This document shows, piece after piece, positions 29,067-38,978 of a DNA stretch of 64,000 nt (the stretch's first letter is position 1; each line of letters begins with the position of its first letter). Position numbers and translations under genes: made by a program. The DNA lies in NCBI GenBank assembly GCA_040285745.1, contig JAUFOR010000008.1, positions 558,001-622,000 of the forward strand, written 5' to 3'. This stretch comes from Barthelona sp. PCE (Eukaryota). A model generated the notes under the pieces. The model saw only the letters and a program-made list of their open reading frames with translations, did no database searches and was not told where the DNA came from.

Positions 29067-30449
29067 GTGAATTCTTTGAGTAAATTGTTTTCCAAAATTC
29101 AACCTATTCTTTCGAAGGAAAACCTTTGTAAGATATCCGTGTCTCCGTTTTACACTGATGCTGGCAGCTATTCGGGGTTTTCTGACCCAATAGCTTCAAT
29201 TCCACTGGTAGCCAGCGTTCCACAGGATAATGTTCCACTTGCATCTCCTTTACCGTCACCCATGCCGAGCCCGACGTCTTTTATGACGCATCAGCCAAAC
29301 CTTCCAACTGTATTAAATCCAGTTAAGCAGGAAGATAATTTCTCTCCTGGTTTGCCTCTAGTTGCTCCTTCGAGCACACCTATGGGGGCTTCCCCGCTAT
29401 TGCAACCGCAGGGAAATATGGAAATGATGCAACAACAACAACAAACAAATCCATATCAGTTTATTGTGCAACCGATATCAGCACAAAATATGCAAGGGCA
29501 GGGGCAAATGCAAGGGCAGGTCCAAGGACAAATGCATAATCAAATGCAGGGGCAACAGCCAGGACAAATGGCATTCATGCAGTACCCTCAAATTGTCATG
29601 CCACAAAACGTACAGGGTGTCCAGGGCATACAGGGTGTCCAAAACATGCAGGGTGTCCAGGGCATGCAGCAGCAGCAATATATGCCTATGTTTATGGGAC
29701 AACAAAGCCAACAGCATATTCAAGCGATGAAACGAACAAGTTCTTCACCATCATATCCGCAACCAGCAAAGAAGGGTTACTCACCGAAGAAGCAGAGGAA
29801 AAGATTGGTGTGGACCCCAGAGCTTCATAAGAAGTTTGTAGATTCAGTCAAAGAATTGGGTATTAAAACCGCTGTTCCACGAACAATATTGAAGAAGATG
29901 GGTGTCAACAACCTGACTCGTGAGAACGTAGCATCGCACCTGCAGAAATACAGAATTTTGGCAAGAAAACAGCACGGTGTCGATAAAAACAACCCCCTAG
30001 AAGATTATATGCTTCCCAGAGAAGATCCTCTTCTCAGTAAGTTCTACGCAGAGTTGCGCGAAAAGGAGCTCCATACAGAAAAATACATGTGCAGGCTGGT
30101 ACTTAACGGCGTGGGTATGTCTCCAATTATTCAGTCACCTGTTGTCGGATCTCCACAGGTGGTGTTCACGACAGCCATACCGAACGGTGTGGGCTCTCCA
30201 TTGATATTAACACCAGTAATGACACAAAACATGGCTGGATCTCCGGGTGCAAACCCACAGCCTACATTTATTCAACAACCACCCTCGATGCTTCATCCAG
30301 TGATCGGAACTCCTACTACCTCAGTGTCTACACCTCAGGCCACACAGCCTTTCCCCACACAGAACATGACAAATGTGCAGCATCCACAGAGTTCCACCAT
30401 ACTCAAAATTTCGATTGATGGAGGAACACCGCCGATATTGGATATGTAG
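29067..30449 (+). CDS. GARP (G2-like/ARR-B-type Myb) transcription factor with Q/P/S-rich regions; true start uncertain
   Basis: [52 protein letters not shown]; first in-frame ATG is 29262. Confidence 0.88.
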   Translation: MNSLSKLFSKIQPILSKENLCKISVSPFYTDAGSYSGFSDPIASIPLVASVPQDNVPLASPLPSPMPSPTSFMTHQPNLPTVLNPVKQEDNFSPGLPLVAPSSTPMGASPLLQPQGNMEMMQQQQQTNPYQFIVQPISAQNMQGQGQMQGQVQGQMHNQMQGQQPGQMAFMQYPQIVMPQNVQGVQGIQGVQNMQGVQGMQQQQYMPMFMGQQSQQHIQAMKRTSSSPSYPQPAKKGYSPKKQRKRLVWTPELHKKFVDSVKELGIKTAVPRTILKKMGVNNLTRENVASHLQKYRILARKQHGVDKNNPLEDYMLPREDPLLSKFYAELREKELHTEKYMCRLVLNGVGMSPIIQSPVVGSPQVVFTTAIPNGVGSPLILTPVMTQNMAGSPGANPQPTFIQQPPSMLHPVIGTPTTSVSTPQATQPFPTQNMTNVQHPQSSTILKISIDGGTPPILDM

Positions 30450-30468
30450 CAAAGAAACAACAATAAAT

Positions 30469-32919
30469 TTACATCTGAGCGTTACGTAGATACCATGGAA
30501 CCATATCCTGATTCCGTATCATCTGACAGAAATATATGTAACGTTGTAGATCTTCCTTGGCGATATCTTCATCAGTTGCGTACACAGCCTTGATTTCTCG
30601 GAGTGTCAAGGGCTCTCTCCAGCGGAATATCGGCATAGAAATGACGTGGAACGCCAGTTTAATCATGTCATTGTGATTTGCACCTTGGAAACACTTGAGC
30701 GTACTTCTTGGGTCTGGAGCAACCAAATCCGGACATACACGTTCGAAAAAGTCGCCCAGTCTCCTATAACTGATGTTTTCTGCTTCCAAAGACACACGCT
30801 TCTCTGTGTCGTGACCAATGATCTGAGCGGACTTGACGATATTGCAAACACCAAAGAAGAGCGCATGTGAGATGCTCAGGGATCTAGAGACCTCACCATC
30901 ATGCGAGATAGAAGCATCAAACCAGTCAAAAACAAGATGGGGATTCTCACAAAAAACATGGAAATCGGCGAGCAAATCGCCAACCTGCTTTTCTTGATCA
31001 GCTACCTCGTTGATGTCCATGTTGTATGTCAGCAGCGTGAACGCGTCACAGAAGTCCGTTGAACGGTCGACCAACGAAATCTCTTCGAGCATCTTCTTGA
31101 ACTCGTTAAACATTAAAAGATCGTATAGACTCAGCACTCCACAGCAGAGATAATAAAACATGATGAACTCGGGGTATACAAGCCTGTTCTCTTTGATTGT
31201 TACCCATATATTGTAAATTACCATTGGGTCGAACTTTTTCTCGAAAAACGCAAATGCAAAGTGTACAAAACTCGGATGCAGTAGCTCTGCGAGTGTGAAT
31301 TGCTGAGATATCCTGAAGTCGAACAGCGCCTTCACCCCCTTCTGTAAGGATTCAACGTTCATCTGCATCGGTGGTTGTACGTCCAACCCGTTCAGGCGGA
31401 AAGGACTCCAATATGTTGATTTCGACAGTGCTGTCACCGGCTCCTCTTCGTGCACTAGCCGTATGTTGGATAAAACAAGGCGAGGATGAGAAATGCGGAT
31501 TTCATCGACATCATCAGTTATGGGTATGGAAACCTGCCTGTGACGATGCGAGCATATGAAGTTCGGGTCCTCTATCCCAAGGCACAACACGGCCTCGCTC
31601 AATGGCGTCCAAGCCTGGCCCTTCCGAGTGCTAATCAGACACGAAATCTTGCTCTCGCATTTTGTATGCAGGCTCATCTCATACTCTCTTTTAAGCGTCT
31701 CCAGTGCGTCGCGGCACTCATTCAGTGAATGCACGCATTGATCAACGTCTGCACACAGCTCTTTCGGCTTTAGCTGCAGCTGCGTCTTGATGTGATATCC
31801 AGAGTAATCGCTCTGATTCTCCTGGAGAATAGAATCGTCAAGCGGGAGCTGCACTTCATCCCTAATAGACAGCGCATCCAGCTTTCGAAGCACACTTCCC
31901 TCAATTGCATGTGTAAGCAACGATGACTGTGCACTTAGGATTCCATGCAGGTATTTTCGGCCTGTGGCATACTTCTGCTTTGTACATACATAAGAAGTGC
32001 CGTCAGTAACACGCTGTACATCACCGACACCAAGTTTTAGCTCGAGCTCCGTCTCGTGGATTTTCAAGAAATTTCTCAGTTCCTTACCGTAACCCTCTGC
32101 CTCTTTCATGATGGTCTGCTTTGGGTCGACCTTTACGTCTGCAATTGCGCTCTGCAACAGTTTCTTTTGCTCTGCTAACTTGACAACATTATAATCCTTT
32201 AGAGATCTTAACTTATGCTCTGATCGTTCCAGTTCTGTGTTAAGGTTGCCAATAACACTCTCTAGAGCTGTTATCTGCTTCAATAACTTTGTCTCATTCT
32301 CAGTTGAGAAGTTCTTCATGTTCTGATAATTCATATCGTTTGCATCCAATTTCGCCTCCATGATCAGCAAATCGCTGTCCTTCTGCTTGACTACGTTGCT
32401 TAGCTCGTAATTCTTTCTCTTTAATTCCTCTATCTCCTTATTACGCTGATCTATCTCAATCTCAAATTTTCGAGAAATATCGCTGTATCGTTGATTGAAC
32501 GAGAAATACGGTACTTTATCGTCAATGACAAGGTCTTCGTCAACTAAAACAGTCGAACAATCTGAATAAATCGAGGGTACAAGCATCTTAAGTGATTTAG
32601 TCACCAATTCTGCAATACTAGGTTTCATTAACTTCGTTAGGTCAGCCAACACGCCCAGAAGTTGGGCAGTCTTTTGTGGTGTTGGCTCAGGGCTCTCAAC
32701 AGTAAGTTGTTCCAACAGCATTTGATACTGAAGAAATGCTGATCGTTTTGCTGGTGGTGGGGGCGTCATCATTGGAGATCCTGTCCAGTCAGCGATAGAC
32801 TTCGGTAAGAAACTTCCATATGGACTTTTTTGTGGGGTATGTGCTGCAGAACTCATCGCCCGATCGTGTGATGGTGTTACTGGGGTCCCTGTTGGGTCCA
32901 GAACCCTTGTCTTTGACAT
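30469..32919 (-). CDS. Coiled-coil hypothetical protein
   Basis: 816-aa ORF with heptad-rich region at about aa 145-260; family not confidently recognised. Confidence 0.75.
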   Translation of the reverse strand: MSKTRVLDPTGTPVTPSHDRAMSSAAHTPQKSPYGSFLPKSIADWTGSPMMTPPPPAKRSAFLQYQMLLEQLTVESPEPTPQKTAQLLGVLADLTKLMKPSIAELVTKSLKMLVPSIYSDCSTVLVDEDLVIDDKVPYFSFNQRYSDISRKFEIEIDQRNKEIEELKRKNYELSNVVKQKDSDLLIMEAKLDANDMNYQNMKNFSTENETKLLKQITALESVIGNLNTELERSEHKLRSLKDYNVVKLAEQKKLLQSAIADVKVDPKQTIMKEAEGYGKELRNFLKIHETELELKLGVGDVQRVTDGTSYVCTKQKYATGRKYLHGILSAQSSLLTHAIEGSVLRKLDALSIRDEVQLPLDDSILQENQSDYSGYHIKTQLQLKPKELCADVDQCVHSLNECRDALETLKREYEMSLHTKCESKISCLISTRKGQAWTPLSEAVLCLGIEDPNFICSHRHRQVSIPITDDVDEIRISHPRLVLSNIRLVHEEEPVTALSKSTYWSPFRLNGLDVQPPMQMNVESLQKGVKALFDFRISQQFTLAELLHPSFVHFAFAFFEKKFDPMVIYNIWVTIKENRLVYPEFIMFYYLCCGVLSLYDLLMFNEFKKMLEEISLVDRSTDFCDAFTLLTYNMDINEVADQEKQVGDLLADFHVFCENPHLVFDWFDASISHDGEVSRSLSISHALFFGVCNIVKSAQIIGHDTEKRVSLEAENISYRRLGDFFERVCPDLVAPDPRSTLKCFQGANHNDMIKLAFHVISMPIFRWREPLTLREIKAVYATDEDIAKEDLQRYIYFCQMIRNQDMVPWYLRNAQM

Positions 32920-33004
32920 ATATCACAATATACAAATGTTGAAAAAGGTGCTTATTTTGTAACATCCTCCTTCACACACACTTTCTTGTACTATTTTGTG
33001 AATT

Positions 33005-35935
33005 ATGAGCAGTATTGAAGATCTGTTCGATTCTTTGTGTTATCGGGGAACAAAACCAATATTTCAGGGAGAATTCCTGAAAGATGGAAAACCACGGACA
33101 ATTGTCGTAACCATGAGTCGTGTTTGCGTTTGCAGACGCGAAGGAGGCGCCTGGGTATCAAAACGACAATGTTTTATTGGAGATCTTGCACGTATTGAAT
33201 CCAATTCAACAGATACTGTGATTCTATATTTTGACAAGTACTCTATGTCGCTAGAAGGAGAAGTAGACACCCTAATTTGTCATATTCGTGCCCTATACTC
33301 TCATGTATTCGAAGGTTATCCAACAACACCTTCATTATTAATTCCATCTGACCGTATCCGTGCATTTGACCATGTGAAGATGCAGGGTTCAGGCCACATG
33401 TTTGTAGATAAGTGTTTTTTGTATGCGGATAATGAAGAAGATTTTGAGATGGGATTGAATATCGTTAGTGCGTTAAAAAGTATACTTAAAAGTGGGTCTG
33501 CTGGACAGCTAGTGCTCAAATTTGATGAATTTGGACCCATAAACGAGGATGAGATATCTTGTATACTATATGCTCTAAAACACGATGCTTTTTTTTACAG
33601 AATTGAATTTGAATACTTTGAATTTACAAGGAATAGCATCACACTGCTCGCGGATGTCCTCCACTGCAACACTGTTCTCACAGACCTTTATATCAATCAC
33701 AGTCGTCTGACTGACGGTTACGCAGCAATCCTCATCAATGCACTAACAGGGCGTACACAGCTCACAGGGCTGGAGCTCCCGTTCAACGCCTTGTCAAAGA
33801 AGGGGATGCGAACTATATGTCAACGATTATTACAGCTTGAGATTAAATTCAAAAAACTCGACTTTTCATCCTCTGTGCCTATCAGTCTGGTTGACGAAAT
33901 CCTCTTTCTGCTGGATAATTCCATCCTTTCGATGGTGCACCTGAGGTTAAGCGGTCTTAAAAGTGATAACATGCAAAAGTTCCATCGCTTTTTCCAGAAC
34001 GCAGCGAATATCCAAACTCTCGTTCTGAACGATTGTCAGATGAGTATACACTCCCTGCAGATCCGCGGATGCCCCTTCTTAAACAAGTTGAAGCGCCTGG
34101 AAGTTAACGGGAATCCGATGAAATCCCTTGACGTCTCTGATTTACAGAGTCTTATTGGCGACTGCACTTCCCTCCAATATCTGGGCATCGCAGGTATCGG
34201 GCTCGACGCAAAAGACACCGCAAAGATCTTGAGTGGCCTTTCTCGATCACGTGCTTCACCCGTCATTAAGATAGGTGATCCGCGTCTGTTGCCTAATGAA
34301 AACAGCCTTATAATTGAGATGATCCAGCTGAGCAACCTCAAGGGCTTGCACTTCGAGAGCGCCAACCCGAACTTCGTGGGAGCTTGTATGAATAACCTAC
34401 GACATAACAACACCATCGAGGACGTTGGTTTCTATGACATTGATATGACTGACGGATCTGTTCGCAGGTCTGCTGTTGGAACAATGGCAAGTATGCCTCA
34501 GCTCCGGAAAGTATCGATGGTGTCCTCTGTCGGGGGATACGGTGCTGCTTTAGACGATTTGCTCACGTCTATGTCGAGGATTCCCCTTGACTGTCTTTGT
34601 CTTCATGGTAGCTTCGACTCTGGTAACGTTGAAGCTCTGGGTATCATCAAAACATGGCAGATGCGAGAGCTTGATCTCCGTAACTGTTCACTGAATGAAG
34701 AAGCGATTGTGGCTTTGCGCGATTTTGTTGCTGGGTGTGAGCATATGAAGCATCTGCGCATGTCCCCGTTTCTTCTACAGCCTACCAATTCAGTGCGTAG
34801 GTACTGTAGGGACATTTTGAGACAAACACAAACAGTTAGTATAAAGAGGCATTCAAGCAAACCTTCTATTCCGAAATCACCTAAGAAGATGAAACGAACA
34901 AGGAGTAGGCGCAACACCAAAATGCCCCGCCGTGCGCTGGAGAGGCATATGCAGAAGTTGAAATCATGCCCCACCTATATTCCTGAGGAATTTGCAATGA
35001 AATTCTTTGAGATGTTGAAGCGTTCAAAGCATCTTTTCTCAAAGAGCCACATCAATAACCTCAAGAACCATATGTTAGATTGCTACTCTTTAAGAGGGGA
35101 AGAGCTGTTTGAAAAACTCACAGCCATGCTTGACAGTATCGACAAGGTACAGGGTCTCGCAGGATTGCTTGGTAACTTTTACACGAACATTTCGCTCATC
35201 CATGAGAAAATAGAAATCATCAATGAGGAGAAGCAGAAGAAGAAAGAGGAGGAGGAGTCGATTCGATTTGCAGGTCTGGATGAAGAAGAAATTGCAAACA
35301 TCCGCAAACTTGAAGTAATATTCAAGCGTATGGGAATCTTCCAAACCAAAGAAATGAAAGAACAGAGAGAGAAAGAGAAAATGAAGAGACTATCTAATTT
35401 ATTCCTCACAAAGATAAGGAGGAACCGTTTGAAGCGTCAAATGGATCAGGTAGACGTTGAAAGTGATCTTTCCGAATCGGAACCATTGTCTGAAGTCAAT
35501 CTTGATGAACTCGTCAGCCACTTTAGTGAACCTCACTCTAGTGAGCCGTCACAGTTCCGCAAACACGATAGCACTGACTCTGTATCTGCACTGGGACCCG
35601 TACCAGACTCTCCACGGTCAAGCGCAAAGCGCATGTCAAGGAGACCGATGCGCAAGAGCAATAGTCGCCGATTCTTGAACGTTAGAAGCGTTGCGGAGGC
35701 ATCAAAGCTTGCGCAGAAGACATCATATGCGAGCGGCAGCGAGTCTGAATCCTCTGTAGCATCAGTTTCGAAAAAACCGCCACCATATCAACTAGAAAAG
35801 AGTTACCCAGACATAAAGAACGTTGTGTGGGTAGAGAACCCGTTAAAGGGCCGTAACTTAAAGTATAAGCTTCCACAGGCTTATATTGACAAACACTACA
35901 AATACAATAACTCGCTGAGCATGTGGCAAAAATAA
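33005..35935 (+). CDS. CARMIL/LRRC16-like protein (PH-like domain + RNI-type LRRs + basic tail)
   Basis: N-terminal RTIVVTMSRV...LICHIRALYSHVFEG and ILYALKHDAFF resemble the CARMIL PH and LRR cap; many LxxLxL repeats follow. Confidence 0.6.
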   Translation: MSSIEDLFDSLCYRGTKPIFQGEFLKDGKPRTIVVTMSRVCVCRREGGAWVSKRQCFIGDLARIESNSTDTVILYFDKYSMSLEGEVDTLICHIRALYSHVFEGYPTTPSLLIPSDRIRAFDHVKMQGSGHMFVDKCFLYADNEEDFEMGLNIVSALKSILKSGSAGQLVLKFDEFGPINEDEISCILYALKHDAFFYRIEFEYFEFTRNSITLLADVLHCNTVLTDLYINHSRLTDGYAAILINALTGRTQLTGLELPFNALSKKGMRTICQRLLQLEIKFKKLDFSSSVPISLVDEILFLLDNSILSMVHLRLSGLKSDNMQKFHRFFQNAANIQTLVLNDCQMSIHSLQIRGCPFLNKLKRLEVNGNPMKSLDVSDLQSLIGDCTSLQYLGIAGIGLDAKDTAKILSGLSRSRASPVIKIGDPRLLPNENSLIIEMIQLSNLKGLHFESANPNFVGACMNNLRHNNTIEDVGFYDIDMTDGSVRRSAVGTMASMPQLRKVSMVSSVGGYGAALDDLLTSMSRIPLDCLCLHGSFDSGNVEALGIIKTWQMRELDLRNCSLNEEAIVALRDFVAGCEHMKHLRMSPFLLQPTNSVRRYCRDILRQTQTVSIKRHSSKPSIPKSPKKMKRTRSRRNTKMPRRALERHMQKLKSCPTYIPEEFAMKFFEMLKRSKHLFSKSHINNLKNHMLDCYSLRGEELFEKLTAMLDSIDKVQGLAGLLGNFYTNISLIHEKIEIINEEKQKKKEEEESIRFAGLDEEEIANIRKLEVIFKRMGIFQTKEMKEQREKEKMKRLSNLFLTKIRRNRLKRQMDQVDVESDLSESEPLSEVNLDELVSHFSEPHSSEPSQFRKHDSTDSVSALGPVPDSPRSSAKRMSRRPMRKSNSRRFLNVRSVAEASKLAQKTSYASGSESESSVASVSKKPPPYQLEKSYPDIKNVVWVENPLKGRNLKYKLPQAYIDKHYKYNNSLSMWQK

Positions 35936-35944
35936 AAAATTGTT

Positions 35945-37585
35945 TTACTCAAGAGATACCTCTATCTTCTTCAACTTGGCATAGTTTGGGTTGTTCTTCA
36001 TGGAATTCGGTCTTAGTTGCCTAATTTGCTGCTTCGCTTTAACTTCCTGCTTTGTTGTCAATAGATGTATAATGTAGTTGGTCTGCACCCACCCTTTTTC
36101 TTGCTGGCACCGCAATGCCTGCTCGTAGTGGTCCACTGCATCTCGCTCGTGGCCCAATTGTGATGATATGTTGGCTAGGTTGCAAATAGTATCTGCATCA
36201 TTAGGGTTGAGTCGCTTCGCCTCTGTGAAGCACTCATATGCCTGTTGAAGGCGACCACGTGACACAAGAACCACGCCCAAGTTGTTCCACAGCTTTGTGA
36301 GCGGCATGTACGTGATTCCACGTCTGAAAAACTTCTCTGCTACAACGAAATTCCTCTGCTGCATAAACAGATTTCCAATGTTCAAACATGTAATTGCTTT
36401 AAGCAACGGTGTATTACTTTCTTTCTGCAAAAACGCAAGAAGGGTTGCGAGCTTACTGTTGAACTCTTGGTCAAATCTGACAAGAAAGAGATTCTTATCC
36501 AGCTGAGCCATCTTTTCGTAATTGCGCGGGTCCACGTTTGTCTTTTTAGTGCGATATTCAATAATCCTCTTGAGGTTAAAAAAAACTACATGCAGCTTGC
36601 TTTTGAGCTCGATCTTTAACCGACTATAACAGTTGTTCACGATACGCAATGCGCTACTTAGACAATTGTACTTGATGAGAATAATCGCAATGAGAAAAAG
36701 TAAGTAAAAGTTCAAATGGCACTTTGACTTCAATACTAACTTCGCTACATCGACGGCCAGATGGTAGTTGTTCATGCAAACATGGACTGCACAAATATTA
36801 TGCAGTGAAACAAGACGTGTAGGGCCGGCTAAAGCTGTCATTTGAAAACAAACCAATGAATTTTCAAATTTTTTCTGGCTGACAAAATAGATCCCCTTCA
36901 TCAACACGTCTGCGCTGTATGTTGTGTTAAGAGGTACAAATGCACCTGGGTTGGCTGTGAACTGCAGAAATTGAAGTACTGTCTTTATGTTACGATATAC
37001 TGACACTTGTAAACTGTCCGAAACTTCCCTAAACGTCTCGTGTAATGTACCTATCATCGTGATAAAGCGGTCAAACACCTTTTTGTCCACAAAAAATACT
37101 TTTTCTATCGATAAAACTCTTGCGAAAATTAAAAGAAGGTTCAAAATCGGTCTATATGCTCCTTTGTAGGATGATACATTTCGTAGACTGACACATGCAT
37201 GCTCTATAAGCTTACTATGGTCTATATAGTCCAGAAACTCGGTAAGATCACCGTCCTGAAAAAAAGTCAGGTTAAGAATATAATAGGTACTTCTTAAAGC
37301 TGCTGGGAATGCCTCCATTTGACGCTTACATGCCTTGTTGCCTCTTAGAAGTCGAAGACACTTCAAAACAGCCGAATAATTGGATTCATACACTTCCCAT
37401 TGTTCAAACTGTGTTATCAATCGTTCAGAGGTGCTTTCTATGTCACTTCGTATGTTCAAATCAGAGGAAGTCTGCTTCGAAGAGCTGATGTCGATTTGTG
37501 AAAATATAGGAGGCGTAGAATCTAGAACTGTCTTTGAATATCCCTGACTCTGTTGTGTAAATGCACTAAAATACTCAATAGACAT
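35945..37585 (-). CDS. TPR-repeat protein
   Basis: LNIGNLFMQQRNFVVAEKFFRRGI, WNNLGVVLVSRGRLQQAYECFTEAKRLNP, CNLANISSQLG...AVDHYEQAL. Confidence 0.85.
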   Translation of the reverse strand: MSIEYFSAFTQQSQGYSKTVLDSTPPIFSQIDISSSKQTSSDLNIRSDIESTSERLITQFEQWEVYESNYSAVLKCLRLLRGNKACKRQMEAFPAALRSTYYILNLTFFQDGDLTEFLDYIDHSKLIEHACVSLRNVSSYKGAYRPILNLLLIFARVLSIEKVFFVDKKVFDRFITMIGTLHETFREVSDSLQVSVYRNIKTVLQFLQFTANPGAFVPLNTTYSADVLMKGIYFVSQKKFENSLVCFQMTALAGPTRLVSLHNICAVHVCMNNYHLAVDVAKLVLKSKCHLNFYLLFLIAIILIKYNCLSSALRIVNNCYSRLKIELKSKLHVVFFNLKRIIEYRTKKTNVDPRNYEKMAQLDKNLFLVRFDQEFNSKLATLLAFLQKESNTPLLKAITCLNIGNLFMQQRNFVVAEKFFRRGITYMPLTKLWNNLGVVLVSRGRLQQAYECFTEAKRLNPNDADTICNLANISSQLGHERDAVDHYEQALRCQQEKGWVQTNYIIHLLTTKQEVKAKQQIRQLRPNSMKNNPNYAKLKKIEVSLE

Positions 37586-37923
37586 ATACCATTCGCAAAC
37601 TCAAAAGAAAAGGCTACAAAAAAGAAAAGCAAAACTATGTTGACATAATAGCATTTTTAAAATGTGAATGATGTCTATACTTTAAATTATGGCGCTTTCA
37701 ACACAAATTCGGACAATCAAAACAAAAGAACAGGGTTAACAAACTTAATAGACTCGCTACTTTCAAGCGTCTCAAGGACCATTACACCTAGATGACACAT
37801 GCTCGCATAACAGAAAAGATAAAAAAACGCTCATACGAAGTGTTTACACAACTACACCCTTTTACATCATTTTTTGTTCTAATACTGTTTTTAGCGTGTT
37901 AGAAATCCCATCATATCACAGAA

Positions 37924-38961
37924 ATGAACTTTTATCAGGCGATACGGGCAAAGAAGGACGATTTGAACTCTGAATATTTCCAAAAGTTCAAAACACACGG
38001 TAAAAAGCACAAGATGCTCACCAGTGTGGCGAAGTCCATCAGCAAGAAACAAAAATCAGAAGCACAACGCAAGGAATTCACGAAAAATGGAAGGAGCATT
38101 CGAATGATCCAACGGTGGATTATGAGAAGAAATGCACGCAAACTGGTTGAGCAGAAGCGTGCCCAACACGCTTTAGAGGAGCGTAAGGTCATGTTTGACG
38201 AAATGGCAACCAAAATCCAAAGCGCTTTTCGAGGTTACTTTGTACGACGTTTCACATGTAATTGGAAGGAAAGGCGTGAATACATTAACGCAGTGAAGGC
38301 AAAGAACGAGGAAATGAAGAAAATTCTGGATGAATATCGTGCTGCACAAGAGCACGAGCACTCGGAAGCAAGAAGGAGTGAAGAAGCAAGGAAGGTGATG
38401 GAGTTTGCAGAAAAGAAGCATCACCTTGTCTCCACGAAGTCACAAAGAGGTGTGTACACGGGCTTTGTGACAAATAATGGCGCTAACATTGATAGACTCT
38501 TGAACGAAACCAATCAAAAAATCATCAGTCAGAAAGCCAGCAAATATATACAAGAACAAAGAAGACAGTTCAGGAAGAAGAAGAAGATGGACAAGAGGCT
38601 CGAGACACTAGATGCAACACTCCCTCAAGCACAGGGTCCCTTTCCCAAACCAAGCAAATTGCTTCATTATAAGAAAAATGTCGGTATCTCGACTTCTTTA
38701 CGCAATTCTGTACCATATGAGCTTGTTGAGAAGGAGGCTAAGCTTGACCGTATCACTAGAAAGAAAGCGTTTAAGCACGGTGAGTTTGCATATAAAAAAC
38801 CTAACGAACCAAAGCCTGTACGTTACATTGGTCTGGAGGAGCGCTATGAACCGCAGATGACCACGTTTATCAAACCTCAACCGCAAAAGTGGATATCTAA
38901 GCGTGGTTTCACTAACAATGCAGGAAAAACAGATACTTTTGACGGTAAACCAGCACTATAA
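37924..38961 (+). CDS. IQ-motif axonemal protein, SPATA17-like
   Basis: IQRWIMRRNAR and ATKIQSAFRGYFVRR IQ motifs; HHLVSTKSQRGVY resembles the SPATA17 conserved block. Confidence 0.65.
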   Translation: MNFYQAIRAKKDDLNSEYFQKFKTHGKKHKMLTSVAKSISKKQKSEAQRKEFTKNGRSIRMIQRWIMRRNARKLVEQKRAQHALEERKVMFDEMATKIQSAFRGYFVRRFTCNWKERREYINAVKAKNEEMKKILDEYRAAQEHEHSEARRSEEARKVMEFAEKKHHLVSTKSQRGVYTGFVTNNGANIDRLLNETNQKIISQKASKYIQEQRRQFRKKKKMDKRLETLDATLPQAQGPFPKPSKLLHYKKNVGISTSLRNSVPYELVEKEAKLDRITRKKAFKHGEFAYKKPNEPKPVRYIGLEERYEPQMTTFIKPQPQKWISKRGFTNNAGKTDTFDGKPAL

Positions 38962-38978
38962 TGTTGTAAATTTATTAA

